DNA from: an uncultured Chloroflexia bacterium | Lineage (GTDB): Bacteria > Chloroflexota > Limnocylindria > Limnocylindrales > CSP1-4 | Reading direction: 5' to 3' | Assembly (NCBI GenBank): GCA_963746845.1 | Contig: CAVVCZ010000006.1 | Span: forward strand, 256,001 to 320,000 | Length of the DNA stretch: 64,000 nucleotides | In this document: positions 39,800 to 53,900 of the stretch, piece by piece | Layout: every line of letters begins with the position of its first letter | Position numbering within the stretch: position 1 is the first letter of the stretch | Translations under genes and position numbers: made by a program | The notes under the pieces: generated by a model | Seen by the model: the letters and a program-made list of their open reading frames with translations, nothing else | Told to the model about the DNA's origin: nothing | Databases searched by the model: none

Positions 39800-40000
39800 T
39801 CAGTGCGGGACGCTGCACACGAACTGGGCAGCGATCGGCCCGGCGACCACCGCGGCGGCATGGACGACGTGGACGGCGGCGAACCCGGCCACGGAGCCGC
39901 CCGCCAGGATCGCCGCCAGCGGGCGACGCACCCGGGAGGCCGCCCGTCGGCCTCGACCCACCGCGCTTCGCGGATCCGGTCCGACGACAAACTCGTCCAT
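39800..40000 (-). CDS. Small hypothetical membrane/secreted peptide (66 aa)
   Basis: MDEFVVGPDPRSAVGRGRRAASRVRRPLAAILAGGSVAGFAAVHVVH...; TAGACT 7 nt before the ATG. Confidence 0.55.
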   Translation of the reverse strand: MDEFVVGPDPRSAVGRGRRAASRVRRPLAAILAGGSVAGFAAVHVVHAAAVVAGPIAAQFVCSVPH

Positions 40001-40046
40001 CAGCTGAAGTCTAGCGAGTCCATCGTCCCTTGCGGTTGTCGACGGC

Positions 40047-40598
40047 ATGGGCGATCCTCGCGGCGTGCTGTCTGCCGGGCCCACCGGGCGTTCGACGGTG
40101 CCGCTGCTCGTGGCGCCGCTGCTCGTGGTCGCGGCGATCGCCCTCCTGAAGATCTCGAACGAGCTCCTCTCCATCGGCCCGTTCGACCGGGCACAGTTCG
40201 GCTGGCTGATCCCGATCCCGATGCTGCTGCTCGCCCCCGCGGTCGCCGGCCTGGCGGCGCGCGCGACCGGCGAGCGACGGGCGATGGCTGCCCTCATCGC
40301 CCTGTCAGCCGCCCTCGGCGGCTTCGTGACGGTACTCATCGCGTCGTCGACCCGGCAGATCGGCTGCACGCCGATCGAGGGCGCCTGGGGCGCACTCGTG
40401 CCCGCGGCGTTCATCGGATTCACGGGCGGTCTCGGCTTCGCGGCCGCGGGAATCGTGGCGCTCCGCCTGCGGGAGCGGCCGCTCGTCGCCCTCCTCGGCA
40501 GCGCTGCCACCGCGGTCATCGCCGGAGCGCTCACCCTCATCGTGTTCGGAGCGGTGTTCGCGGCCGGCACCTGCGTGCCGCTGCCCACGCCGGGCTGA
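40047..40598 (+). CDS. Hypothetical multi-TM membrane protein
   Basis: About five hydrophobic segments; GC3-rich codons. Confidence 0.65.
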   Translation: MGDPRGVLSAGPTGRSTVPLLVAPLLVVAAIALLKISNELLSIGPFDRAQFGWLIPIPMLLLAPAVAGLAARATGERRAMAALIALSAALGGFVTVLIASSTRQIGCTPIEGAWGALVPAAFIGFTGGLGFAAAGIVALRLRERPLVALLGSAATAVIAGALTLIVFGAVFAAGTCVPLPTPG

Positions 40599-40603
40599 GT
40601 CCG

Positions 40604-43772
<3,169 letters not shown>

Positions 43773-43788
43773 CGGGCCGCCGCCGCGG

Positions 43789-44808
43789 TCAGGCCGCGAC
43801 CGGCAGGCGCGCGGCCACGAACCCGATCAGGTCGGCGACGCGGCAGCTGTAGCCCCACTCGTTGTCGTACCAGCTGATGACCTTCACCATCGTCCCGTCG
43901 AGGACCATGGTCGACTCGGCGTCGATGATCGAGGAGCGAGGATCGCCCCGGAAGTCGGTCGACACGAGCGGCTCGTCGCTCACCCCGAGGATGCCCTTGA
44001 GCGGGCCTTCGGCGGCCGCCCGGAACGCGGCGTTGAGCTCCTCGACGCTCGTCCGGCGGGAGACGTCGGCCGTGAAGTCGACGACGCTGACGGTCGGGGT
44101 CGGGACGCGCAGGCTGAACCCGTCGAACTTGCCTTTCAGGTCCGGGATGACGAGGGCGAGGGCCTTCGCCGCGCCGGTCGTCGTCGGGATGATGTTCTGG
44201 CCCGCCGCGCGTGCCCGGCGCGGGTCCTTGTGGGCGACGTCGAGGATCCGTTGGTCGTTCGTGTAGCTGTGGATCGTGTTCATCAGGCCGCGCTCGATCG
44301 TGAGCAGGTCGTGGACGACCTTGGCGGCCGGGGCGAGGCAGTTCGTCGTGCAGCTCGCGTTGCTGATGATGTGATGGGCGGTCGGGTCGTACTTGTCCTC
44401 GTTCACGCCGAGGACGATCGTGATGTCCTCGCCCTTGGCCGGGGCGCTGATGATCACCTTCTTCGCGCCGGCCGTGATGTGGGCCTTCGCCTTCTCGGCG
44501 TCCGTGAAGATCCCGGTGGACTCGAGGACGATGTCGACGCCGAGATCACCCCACGGCAGCGCCGCGGGATCCTTCTCCTTCAGGACCTTGATCTCGCGGC
44601 CGTCGATGATCAGGGCGTCGTCCGTGTGGTCGACCGTCCCCGGATAGGCGCCGTAGGTCGAGTCGTGCTTGAAGAGCAGGGCGTTGAGCGGCGTCTCGAC
44701 CAGGTCGTTCACGGCCACGATCTCGATGTCCGGCGTCCGCTCGATGAGCGCCTTGAGGGATTGGCGGCCGATCCGCCCGAAGCCGTTGATGCCGACACGC
44801 ACTGCCAT
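43789..44808 (-). CDS. gap: Glyceraldehyde-3-phosphate dehydrogenase, type I
   Basis: [30 protein letters not shown]. Confidence 0.99.
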   Translation of the reverse strand: MAVRVGINGFGRIGRQSLKALIERTPDIEIVAVNDLVETPLNALLFKHDSTYGAYPGTVDHTDDALIIDGREIKVLKEKDPAALPWGDLGVDIVLESTGIFTDAEKAKAHITAGAKKVIISAPAKGEDITIVLGVNEDKYDPTAHHIISNASCTTNCLAPAAKVVHDLLTIERGLMNTIHSYTNDQRILDVAHKDPRRARAAGQNIIPTTTGAAKALALVIPDLKGKFDGFSLRVPTPTVSVVDFTADVSRRTSVEELNAAFRAAAEGPLKGILGVSDEPLVSTDFRGDPRSSIIDAESTMVLDGTMVKVISWYDNEWGYSCRVADLIGFVAARLPVAA

Positions 44809-45023
44809 CGTTGCCGTCCTCCGCGAGCGCGGGCGCCGATCGGCGCCGGTTGGTCCGTCATTGGGCCGGGGCATGGCGCGCAGCGGCGCGAACCCCTCGT
44901 CCGTGATGCTCCCATCGTACGACGTCGCGGGGCCAGAGCCGTTCGGCCCGAAGGTTCCGGGACCGTTGCGGATGGGTTGCGCCGCCGCAGACGGCGAGAC
45001 GGGCGATGCGAGCCGGGAATCGA

Positions 45024-45053
45024 ACGGCCCCCGCCGTCACCGGCAGGGGCCGT
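45024..45053 (-). terminator. Hairpin downstream of the DUF5679 gene
   Basis: ACGGCCCCCGCCG-TCAC-CGGCAGGGGCCGT. Confidence 0.6.
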
Positions 45054-45076
45054 CTCGGATCGAGTTCGGGTCGGCG

Positions 45077-45217
45077 TCAGCCGCCGATCTTGAAGACCTT
45101 GCCGCCGCACTTCGGGCAGGTGCCCTGGAGTGCCGGCTTGCCGTTCTTCATCGTGATCCGCGTCGGATTCACGACTTCGACCTTCATCTTGTCCTTGACG
45201 CAATAGGCTTCGGCCAT
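45077..45217 (-). CDS. Small DUF5679-like zinc-ribbon protein (46 aa)
   Basis: MAEAYCVKDKMKVEVVNPTRITMKNGKPALQGTCPKCGGKVFKIGG; GAGGAG RBS; missed by the ORF track. Confidence 0.85.
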   Translation of the reverse strand: MAEAYCVKDKMKVEVVNPTRITMKNGKPALQGTCPKCGGKVFKIGG

Positions 45218-45283
45218 GGAGCGGGCTCCTCCTCGGTTCGGCGTGGCGTCACGGAACGCTTGTCCCGTGTCCGCGTCTCGCGA

Positions 45284-46138
45284 TCAGTTCCAGAGGGACG
45301 GTCGCCAGCGATCCGTCCCGGCTTCCCGTTTCTGACGGTCCATCGTCGCGAGGATCAGGAGCGCCTCGAGCCCCGTCTCCACGCAGGCGGCTTCTGCTGC
45401 GTCCTTTGCCGCTCCCTCGATGAATGCCCCGGTCGTGCGCTGCGCGTAGACCGCACAGACGACGCCGGCCCGGCATCGAGCGAGTGTCGCGAGCACCAGC
45501 AGTGCCGACGCCTCCATCTCGAAGTTCATGACGCGCTGGCGCGCCATGTCCTCAGCCAGGTCAGGGTAACGGATGGGCAACTGCGGGATCGGGCGCCCTT
45601 GCGCACCGAAGAACCCGGGTGCCGTGGCCGTCACCCCGACATGGGTCCGGTGTCCGAGCCGCTCGGCGGCCTCGATGAGCGCCAGGACCGCCTCGTAATC
45701 GGCGACCGCCGGATACCCATCGTGGACGAAGAAGCTCGTGGTCGACTCGAGCCGGACAGCTCCGGTCGAGACGATCAGGTCTCCCAGGGCGATCTCCGGC
45801 TGGAGACTGCCGCAGGAGCCGACCCGAACGAAGGTCGGACGATCCGTGATCGCCAGGATCTCCGCCACCGTGATCTCGACGTTATCCGTGCCGATCCCGG
45901 TCGAGACGACCGAGACACGGGTGCCGCGATACGTTCCGGTGACCGACGCGAACTCCCGGTGGCGCCGCTCGAACTCCACGTCGTCAAGACGCGTGGCGAT
46001 CCGGGCGGTCCGATCGGGGTCACCGGGGAGGAGGATGTACTCGGCCAGTTCACCCGGTCCGAGTCCGATGTGGTATTGCCGGTCTCCGACGGGGAGTGCT
46101 ACGCGGGGATCCGCGTTCGGCAAGACCTCGTCCCTCAC
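45284..46138 (-). CDS. udp: Uridine/nucleoside phosphorylase
   Basis: QYHIGL, LPGDPDR, HREF, STGIG, RVGSCG, FFGAQGR, NFEMEAS. Confidence 0.9.
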   Translation of the reverse strand: MRDEVLPNADPRVALPVGDRQYHIGLGPGELAEYILLPGDPDRTARIATRLDDVEFERRHREFASVTGTYRGTRVSVVSTGIGTDNVEITVAEILAITDRPTFVRVGSCGSLQPEIALGDLIVSTGAVRLESTTSFFVHDGYPAVADYEAVLALIEAAERLGHRTHVGVTATAPGFFGAQGRPIPQLPIRYPDLAEDMARQRVMNFEMEASALLVLATLARCRAGVVCAVYAQRTTGAFIEGAAKDAAEAACVETGLEALLILATMDRQKREAGTDRWRPSLWN

Positions 46139-46294
46139 TCTGGCGTGCTTCGCTGGCGCGAAACTCGGGCGAGGATAGTCCCGGGCTCTTCGGAGCGTCA
46201 AGCACGGCCACGCACGAGCCACGCTCGGCGGACCCCGCTCCGGGCGGCCTCCGGCGCCCGTCCGGGTCCATGGTCGGGCCCGTCGCGGAGGTGG

Positions 46295-49200
46295 TCACCG
46301 AGCCGGGCCGCCTGACTCGGGCGGCCGGGAGGCGTCGATCGAGACCGGTGTCATCCCCGGCGTGATGGCGGGTAGGGCCGTCGCCGCGGGCCCCACGAGG
46401 ACCTCCAGGCGGGCGGCGATCCGCGCCGCGAGGCGGCGGCGTGAGCGCTCGCGCCGGAGGATGGTGACGCCGAGCGAGGCGAGCGCGACAAGCACGATCC
46501 CGGTGATCCCGAGCTCCGGGGCGAACGGATCCGAGACGCCCGCCGCGATCGGCGTGTCACCCGTGCCGAGCGCCGATCCGAGGTCGGCCGTCGCCGGGTC
46601 GGAGCCGGTCGCCGATGGGGCCACGCTGCCCCCGCCGTCTGCCACGAGGTCGCCCACCCGAACGATCCCGGCCGGATCATCGACGACGATCACGGTCGCG
46701 TCTGCGTCGACGCCGGATCCTCGTTCGACCCGTCCGATCGCGCTCAGCGCGTCATCCGCCGACAGATCCGTCAGGCCGTCGAGCGCCGCGCCGCGAAGCA
46801 CGACCCGGGCCACCGCGGTGCCGTCGTCCAGACGGAACCCGTCCGTTTCGAGCCCGGCGACGAGCCCACCGACCCGGACGGTCTGGCCGACGTGCTCGTC
46901 GATCGCGACGAGATCGATGTCCGTCGCGGCCGCGGCGAGACCGGTGGCACCGCCGGCGGCCGCGCCGGACGATGAGCCAGCGGGACCGCCCCGCTGGGTG
47001 CCCGGCTTGCCGCCGGTCGTCCCGGCACCGGCATCGTCGATCGGCCCACCGATCGTCACGTCACGAGCCGAGCGGGGCAGGATCGCGAAGCGGCGGTCCG
47101 TCGCCGACGGGTACGGCCGGCGCACGATGCCGACGATCGTCGCGGTCCGGCCCTCGACGATCGCGCTGGCCGGGATCCCGGCACCGGCGAGGCCGAGGAT
47201 CGGGATCCGTTTGCCGCCGACGAGCAGCTCGGCACCCCAGCGGTCGCCCGACCGATGGAGGTCGACGACGTCGCCCCGGACCCGGACGAGCCGCCACTCG
47301 TGCGCGGCGCCCGGCGCGGTCCGGAGCTCCAGCACCTTCGCCGTGTCGCCCCCGAGGCGTCGGACCTCGTCGGCTCGGATCCGCGGCGCGCCGTACGCGA
47401 TGCCGAGGTCGCCGCTCACCCGGACGTGGGTGCCGACCGGTGGGGCGGACGTGCCCGTCGGCAGGAGGACCTCGATCGCCGCGGACCGGTCCTGGATCAC
47501 GATCCGGCGGCCGGTCGCGTCGAGGAGGCGCGGGCCGATCGTCACGACGCCGTCGACGGTCACGTGGCCCGTCTTCGCGAGGATCGCGGCCGCGATCGTC
47601 ATCGGCGATCCGGCTGATCCGCCGGGGAGCGTCGATCCCGACGGTCCGGGGCGTGGTGTCGGGGTCGCCTTCCCGCCGCCGATGCGGACGATGTCAGCGG
47701 CATCACGCAGACAGATCCGGAAGCCGTCGGCCGCGCCCTTGCGGCTCGCACGCTGGCCGACGACGCCCGTTACGCGCAGCCGCGCGTGAGCGGCGATCGA
47801 GGATGCGGCGATCCGTGACGACCCGTCGGCGGCGATGCGGATCGATCCACCGGCCGACGTGAGCGTGAACGAGAAGTCACCGCCGGGCGCCTTCGACGGC
47901 TTCGCATCCACGGTGCCTTCGACCGTCACGAGCCGTGCCTCGACGGCCTCGCCGATGCCCGCCGGGCCGACGGCCGACGAGCTCGGTGGACCTTCGGTCC
48001 CGAGGACGCGGAGCCCGCCGACGAGACCGCGGAGCTCGAGCTGACCGAACGGGTCGGCGAGCGTGCCGGTGAGCTCGACCCGGACGCCGCGGGCGGGGTG
48101 CGGGTCGGTGTCGGACAGTCGGACGACGATCCCGGCCGTTGCGTCCTGGATCGCGATCAGCGGCGGCGTGCCGAGCCTGCCGGCCTCGGCCGTCACGATG
48201 CCGGTGACGCTGACCCGGCCGCCGACGGGGCGCATCCGCGCGGCGGCGATCGTCGTTGTCGGTGCGCTCGGGGCGGGGGTCGGGTTCGGGGCTGGCGTCG
48301 GCGTCGGCGTCGGGGCCCGGGTCGGAGTCGGCGTCGGGGCCCCGGTCGGAGTCGGCGTCGGGGCGCTCGGCATCGGCACCGACGTCGGAGCAGGTGTCGG
48401 CGTCGGGGTTGGCGTCGGCGTCGGAACGGGCGTGGGAGCCGGCGGCGCCTCCACGGTCACCTCACCGGCCAGCGTCGCGTGAAGACGATATCCGGCCGTT
48501 CCGCTGCCGCTGCTGTCGCGCTGCCCGAGCGGGCCGGTCGCGTGGACGAGGTCCCCGGTGTGGATCGTCGCGACCCCGAGAGCGAGCGACCCGACCACGA
48601 TCCGGAGCGGCCCGGTTCCGTCGTCGATCGTGACGCCGAGTCCGTCGGCGAGCGCCGCCGGCGCCTCCGTGACCACGCCGCCCACCGTCAGTCGCAGGCC
48701 CTCGAGCGGCTCGCCGGTCGCTCCGGTCTCCGCCCCGACCGGCGCCGGGATCTCCGCGGGTCCACCCACCGTGATCGACGCCGCCGCGACGTTCAGCACG
48801 CGCAGGTTGAAGTAGCCGCCGAGCGTGCCGGTGACGGTCACCGAGCTTCCGGCGGGGATCGGCGCTTCGATCGCCGTATCGAGTCGGACGGCGATCCCAC
48901 CGGTGACGTCCTGGACGAACCCGACCCGTGCCGAGTCGATCGCCCCGAGGTCGGTCGTCAGCACGCCGGCGACCGTGGCGGTGCTTCCGTCGGTCAGCTG
49001 ACGGGCATCCGCGATCCCGATGATCGTCGGGGTCGGGGCCGGCGTCGGAACGGGCGTCGGGGTTGGCGTGGGCACCGGGGTGGGCGTCGGCGTGGGGACG
49101 GGCGTCGGGACGGGTGTCGGCGTCGGCGTGGGGATGGGGGTGGGCACCAGGGTGGGCGTCGGCGTCGGCGTGGGCGTCCCGCTCGATCCGCCGATCGGTG

Positions 49201-49846
49201 GCGCCGCGAGGTTCTGCGGGTTCGGCGGAGCGACGACGAAGTCGGCCGAGTTGACGTTCGTGTCAGCCGCATTTCCGGCCGCGCCACCCGGCAGCCGTTC
49301 CAGGCTCGATCCGGCCGGCGGCGCGGGCGCGGCCGTCCCCTCCACGAAGGCGTTCGTCGCGTCGCCCCACGCGACCGCGTCGATCGGCGATCCGCCGACC
49401 AGCCGCAGCACGACCGCGCCACCCGTGGCGGCAAATCCGGACGCATACGTCGCATCGGCGATGGCGGCGTGGATCCCGGCAGCGTTCGCGATCACGAGGT
49501 GCCGGCCCGGATCGAGGGGGGTCGATGCCGTCCAGGTCGCCTTCCTCGTGACCGTCGAGCCAGTCGAGGTCGCGTACACGACCTCGAGACCCAGCAGGTC
49601 GACTGGGGCGGACCCGGCGTTGTACAGCTCGACAAGCTCGTCGGACGCAGAGTTGCCACCCGTCTGGACCTCGGAGATCACGAGCGCCGAGACCGGCCAG
49701 GCGACGGCCGCGGCGACCGCCGGACCGCTTGCGACCGACGCGCGTGCGTCCGGCCGGCGGGCCGCTTCGGCCAGCGAGACCACGGCAAGGGCGAGGACCA
49801 GGGCAATCGGCAGGGCCACCGGCCCTGCGCGTCGGGCACGCGACAT
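46295..49846 (-). CDS. Large exported protein: lamin-tail domain, repeated OB-fold-like domains, Pro/Thr linkers and C-terminal TM anchor
   Basis: Signal peptide; [22 protein letters not shown] (LTD); repeated IA.AR...V.V.G.VT...QD.T.GI and IDDGTG motifs; TM followed by RRERSRRR. Confidence 0.8.
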   Translation of the reverse strand: MSRARRAGPVALPIALVLALAVVSLAEAARRPDARASVASGPAVAAAVAWPVSALVISEVQTGGNSASDELVELYNAGSAPVDLLGLEVVYATSTGSTVTRKATWTASTPLDPGRHLVIANAAGIHAAIADATYASGFAATGGAVVLRLVGGSPIDAVAWGDATNAFVEGTAAPAPPAGSSLERLPGGAAGNAADTNVNSADFVVAPPNPQNLAAPPIGGSSGTPTPTPTPTLVPTPIPTPTPTPVPTPVPTPTPTPVPTPTPTPVPTPAPTPTIIGIADARQLTDGSTATVAGVLTTDLGAIDSARVGFVQDVTGGIAVRLDTAIEAPIPAGSSVTVTGTLGGYFNLRVLNVAAASITVGGPAEIPAPVGAETGATGEPLEGLRLTVGGVVTEAPAALADGLGVTIDDGTGPLRIVVGSLALGVATIHTGDLVHATGPLGQRDSSGSGTAGYRLHATLAGEVTVEAPPAPTPVPTPTPTPTPTPAPTSVPMPSAPTPTPTGAPTPTPTRAPTPTPTPAPNPTPAPSAPTTTIAAARMRPVGGRVSVTGIVTAEAGRLGTPPLIAIQDATAGIVVRLSDTDPHPARGVRVELTGTLADPFGQLELRGLVGGLRVLGTEGPPSSSAVGPAGIGEAVEARLVTVEGTVDAKPSKAPGGDFSFTLTSAGGSIRIAADGSSRIAASSIAAHARLRVTGVVGQRASRKGAADGFRICLRDAADIVRIGGGKATPTPRPGPSGSTLPGGSAGSPMTIAAAILAKTGHVTVDGVVTIGPRLLDATGRRIVIQDRSAAIEVLLPTGTSAPPVGTHVRVSGDLGIAYGAPRIRADEVRRLGGDTAKVLELRTAPGAAHEWRLVRVRGDVVDLHRSGDRWGAELLVGGKRIPILGLAGAGIPASAIVEGRTATIVGIVRRPYPSATDRRFAILPRSARDVTIGGPIDDAGAGTTGGKPGTQRGGPAGSSSGAAAGGATGLAAAATDIDLVAIDEHVGQTVRVGGLVAGLETDGFRLDDGTAVARVVLRGAALDGLTDLSADDALSAIGRVERGSGVDADATVIVVDDPAGIVRVGDLVADGGGSVAPSATGSDPATADLGSALGTGDTPIAAGVSDPFAPELGITGIVLVALASLGVTILRRERSRRRLAARIAARLEVLVGPAATALPAITPGMTPVSIDASRPPESGGPAR
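48270..48445. repeat. Coding Pro-Thr linker repeats (GGCGTC-type hexamers)
   Basis: Encodes PTPTPTP...; a second block lies at about 49027-49180. Confidence 0.8.
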
Positions 49847-50125
49847 CGACGACCTCCCGGCGGGTGTCGGGATGGGTGGCCGGGCGGACGTCGACGGTCG
49901 TCGTCATGGCCGGATGGCGGCGGACCGACGTTGTAGCAGGCGACGATCGACCTGCGGTGCATCACGACTTCGCCGCCGCTTCACCGCGACGGCACTGGCG
50001 CTCACCACCAGCCGGGCCGCTCGGCGGCGATCGGCCACCCGACCGCGTACGATGGATGCCTTCCGTCACCCGACCGACGACCATCTCGTCCGAGCCGCCC
50101 GTCGGCCGAGCCCCGTGGAGGCACC

Positions 50126-50920
50126 GTGGCCCGAGCCAAGAGAACCAATCGAGCCGAGGCGCGCCGGCGCTACCGCGCGACGCTCGCGGAGACCGACATC
50201 GACGCCGAGTCCGTCGACGGCGACGCCGCCGCGGCGACCGGCGCCGCGACCGCGACCGCGACCGCGACCGCATCGAAGTCGGCGGCGCCGACGCGATCCG
50301 GCGCCGGCAAGGCGCCCCCGCCCGAGCTGCAGCGACCGGGGATCGCCACCGCGTTCCGGCAGGCCTTCCGGCCGCTGGATCTCCGCGGCGACCTGCGTGC
50401 GCTGCCGCGGCTCCTCATCCATCCCGCGTTCCTCGTCCCGGTGATCCTGTCGGGCCTGTCGGTCGCGCTGATTCCGCTCGTCGGGCTGAACGCGCTCACC
50501 TCGACCTTCTACCAGTACTTCTCGTTCACGGCCCCGCTCGGCACCTCGTTCATCGCGGGCTTCTTCGCGCCACGCGCGAGCTACCTGATCGGCGCCCTCG
50601 CGGCGCTCGCGTCGGTCGGCTTCCAGGCCATCGCGTACACCTTCGGCTCGTTCGGTGGATTCCTCGACGCCTTCACCGACCCGGCGACGGGCCAGGCGAT
50701 GAGCCACCAGGCGGCGGCGCAGCTGATCCTCAGCCAGGCGTTGTTCGTCGGCGTCCCGTCGGCTGCGTTCTTCGCGGCGGCGGCGGCCTGGTATCGACGG
50801 TTCCTCCGGGGCGCGAACCCGAACCGGGGCCGGCAGGCCGCCCAGCAGTCGTCGAAGCGACCGGACGGCAAGGTCCCGAAGAAGCAGGAACAGCGCCCGC
50901 TCCTGGCCAGGAGGCGCTGA
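50126..50920 (+). CDS. Hypothetical membrane protein with basic termini
   Basis: MARAKRTNRAEARRRYR, Ala/Thr repeat, about four TMs; GGAGG RBS. Confidence 0.75.
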   Translation: MARAKRTNRAEARRRYRATLAETDIDAESVDGDAAAATGAATATATATASKSAAPTRSGAGKAPPPELQRPGIATAFRQAFRPLDLRGDLRALPRLLIHPAFLVPVILSGLSVALIPLVGLNALTSTFYQYFSFTAPLGTSFIAGFFAPRASYLIGALAALASVGFQAIAYTFGSFGGFLDAFTDPATGQAMSHQAAAQLILSQALFVGVPSAAFFAAAAAWYRRFLRGANPNRGRQAAQQSSKRPDGKVPKKQEQRPLLARRR

Positions 50921-50954
50921 CACCGGTCGTCGCGCCTGGACGACGCTGTCGGGT

Positions 50955-53900
50955 CTAGCCCAGGCGGCGCATCCCCGCGTAGCCGAGGGCCTTGACGCCT
51001 TCGGGGCGGGCCGGAGCTCCGGCCGTGGCCGTGACCTCGACCAGCGCCTGCACGTCCCTCGCGATCACGTTCACCACCGACGACTCGCGCTGAAGGTCAC
51101 CGTCGACCAGGAGCAGCGCGTGACGGCGGACGATGCCACGGAGCCGGGCCCAGGTGTCCGGCCAGAGCGTGACGTTGACCATGCCCGTCTCGTCCTCGAG
51201 CGCCAGGAAGACCGTGCCCTTCGCCGTCATCGGGTGCTGGCGGGTGACGACGAGCCCACCGATCCGGACCCGGCCCGGCGTGCGGTCGTTGAGCGCGGCG
51301 TTCGTCACCGCCCCGAGCCGGTCCAGCGCCGGCCGGTACAGCGTCACCACCTGCCGTCGCGCGTCGAGCCCGATCACCGCGTAGGCGTCGCCGATCCGCT
51401 CCGACTCGGTGAGGCCGGGGAGCGTCGGCGCGTCCGTCGCGGGCAGGCGGAGCGCCATCGGTCGGGAGGCGGCCCGGGTGAACGCGCCGCCGCGGGTCGA
51501 ACGCCCGTCGAGGCGCCCCCGTGTCGCGCCCGCAACCTCGCGGAGCTGCCAGAGGAGCTCCCGCCGTGGCCGGCCGAGCGAATCCAGCGCTCCGACCCGG
51601 ATCAGTCGCTCGAGGGTCTCCTCGTGCAGCCCGGTCCGCTCGACGACGTCGGCGAGCGACCGGTACGGCCCGCGCGCCAGCTCGGCGTCGAGCAGCTCCC
51701 TGTGCTCCTCGCCGATCCCCTTGACGAGCCGCAACCCCAGCCGGACCCCCCAGCCGACGGCGCTCTCGGCGGCCCATCGTTCGCGCGCCTCGTCCGACGG
51801 GATCGTGCAGCCGCTCGACCGGACCGGCGCGGGCCGGCGCTCGATGCCGGCGTCCTCGGGGAGCGGCTCACCCGGCCCGTCGTCGCCCTCCCCGATCGCC
51901 CAGCCCGGCCGCCCGACCCACTCGGTCGTCGTCGCGTAGGTCGAGCGGTTGATGTCAACCGGGAGGACCGCGACGCCGTGGCGCTTCGCGTCGTTGACGA
52001 GGACCTCGACCGGGTAGAAGCCCATCGGCTGGGCGTTGATCAGCCCGACGACGAACTGGGCCGGGTAGAACAGCTTCAGGAAGCTCGACTCGTAGGCGGT
52101 CCGGGCGAACGCGGCCGCGTGGCTCTTCGCGAAGCCAAAGCTCGCGAACGCGGCGACCTGGCGGAACAGCTCCTCCGCGATGTCCTCGGTCATCCCGGGT
52201 TGCTTCATGCAGCCGTCATGGAAGCGAGCGTGGAGCTTCTCCATCTCGCGGGTCGATCGCCACGTGCCCATCGCCCGGCGGAAGCCGTCGCTCTCGGCCG
52301 GGCTGAACCCGGCGACCTCGATCGCGATCCGCATCACCTGCTCCTGGTAGAGGATCACGCCCATCGAGTCCTTGAGGACCGGCTCGAGGCTCGGGTGGAG
52401 GTAGGTCACCGGCTCGAGGCCCTGCTTCCGGCGCAGGTACGGGTGGACGGCGTTGCCCTGGATCGGGCCGGGCCGGATGATCGCGACCTCGACGACGAGG
52501 TCGTCCAGGTTCGACGGGGTCGACTTCGGCAGGGTCTGCATCTGGGCCCGGCTCTCGACCTGGAAGACCCCGACGGTGTCGGCCGCCTGGAGCATCGCGA
52601 AGACCTCCGGCACCGACTCCGGGAGCCGGTCGAGGTCGAGGCAGACCGCGCAGTCGTGCTCGATCAGCTGGAGCGTCTCGTCGATCGCGGCGAGCATCCC
52701 GAGCCCGAGCAGGTCGAGCTTGATCAGCTTGATCGCCTCGACGTCACGCTTGTCGAACTGGACGACGACGCGGTCCTTCATCGTCGCGCGCTCCAGCGGG
52801 GCGATGTCGATCAGCGGGGCCGCGGTCACGAGCATCCCGCCGCTGTGGATGCTGAGGTGGCGCGGGAAGCCGTCGATCCGGGCGCAGAACTCGAGCCAGC
52901 GCTCCCAGTCGGAGAGGCCGACCGTGCTGCCGCCGAGGGGCTGGGGCGGCAGCTCCGGCTCGACGCGGGCGACGCTCGAATGGTCGCCGCCCCGGCCCAT
53001 CGCCGCGGTCTTCGGCGCCGGCGGATCCCAGTGGTTGGGTCGGCCCAGCCGATCCGCCTTGCGCGCCGGCGGCTCCGGCATCCCGCTCTCCGGGTCGATC
53101 GCGCGGCCGCCCTGGCCATCGGGGAGCAGCGCCGGCGCGACGAGCCGCTCGCGATCCGCCGCGTAGCCGGTCCCACGACCCTCGCGCAGCCAGGCGACGC
53201 TCGCCGGGGTGTCGCCGGGGCCGCCCTCGTCGTCGCCGTTCCGGCTCGGCCGGATCGCGGTCCGCGGCGCGAGCGCGTCGGGGAGGACGCCGCCAGTCCG
53301 CTTCGCGTCGCCGACATGCGCCGGAGTGCTATTCCTCGCGCGTCGATTGCCAGAAGCGAGGTCTGGAAGGACGATCCGAGCGCGCTCGAGCGTGGCCGAC
53401 GGCCCGTCCGGACCCCTCGACGCGTCTTGTGGCCCCACTTCCCCTGCGGGTAGCACTGGGGGTGATATCGCCTCGGACAGCGCCCCGCCCAGCCACGCGA
53501 ACGGCCGCGGCGCGTCCGGGTCCACCGGCTTCGGTGGCTGGCGCCAGGGCGGGACCTTCCCGACCAGCGGCATCCGTGTGTTCAGCTGGCCCATGCCGTC
53601 GACGAAGCCGCGCGTCTCCGCCTCCGCCGCGGCGCCCGACTCGGCCGGCAGGCCATCCCCGGGCCGCTTGAAGAACTCGGCGAAGCCGCCGTCCGCCTCC
53701 AGGTCGCGCCGGACCATCACCGAGTCGTACGTCTCGAGCGCCTTCGCCACCCGGTCGACCAGCGGCCGCGGGAACCCGAGCGCGACCCCGACCTCGCGCA
53801 CGGCCGACCGCGCCCGGTACGTCACGAGGTTGCAGACCATCCCCGTGTGCTCCGGGCCGTAGCGGTTGTAGATGTACTGGATGACCTCCTCGCGCCGCTC

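Noticed and set aside
50240-50272. CGCGAC hexamer run as a phase-variation tract
   Set aside because: The 6-bp unit preserves frame and only encodes an Ala-Thr linker
53324-53457. Second CIRCE element (GAGTGCTA / TAGCACT half-sites)
   Set aside because: Half-sites are in the wrong order, about 120 bp apart and inside a CDS
52910-53680. Intein in dnaE2
   Set aside because: No Cys/Ser-initiated block A, no terminal His-Asn followed by Cys/Ser/Thr, no LAGLIDADG motif
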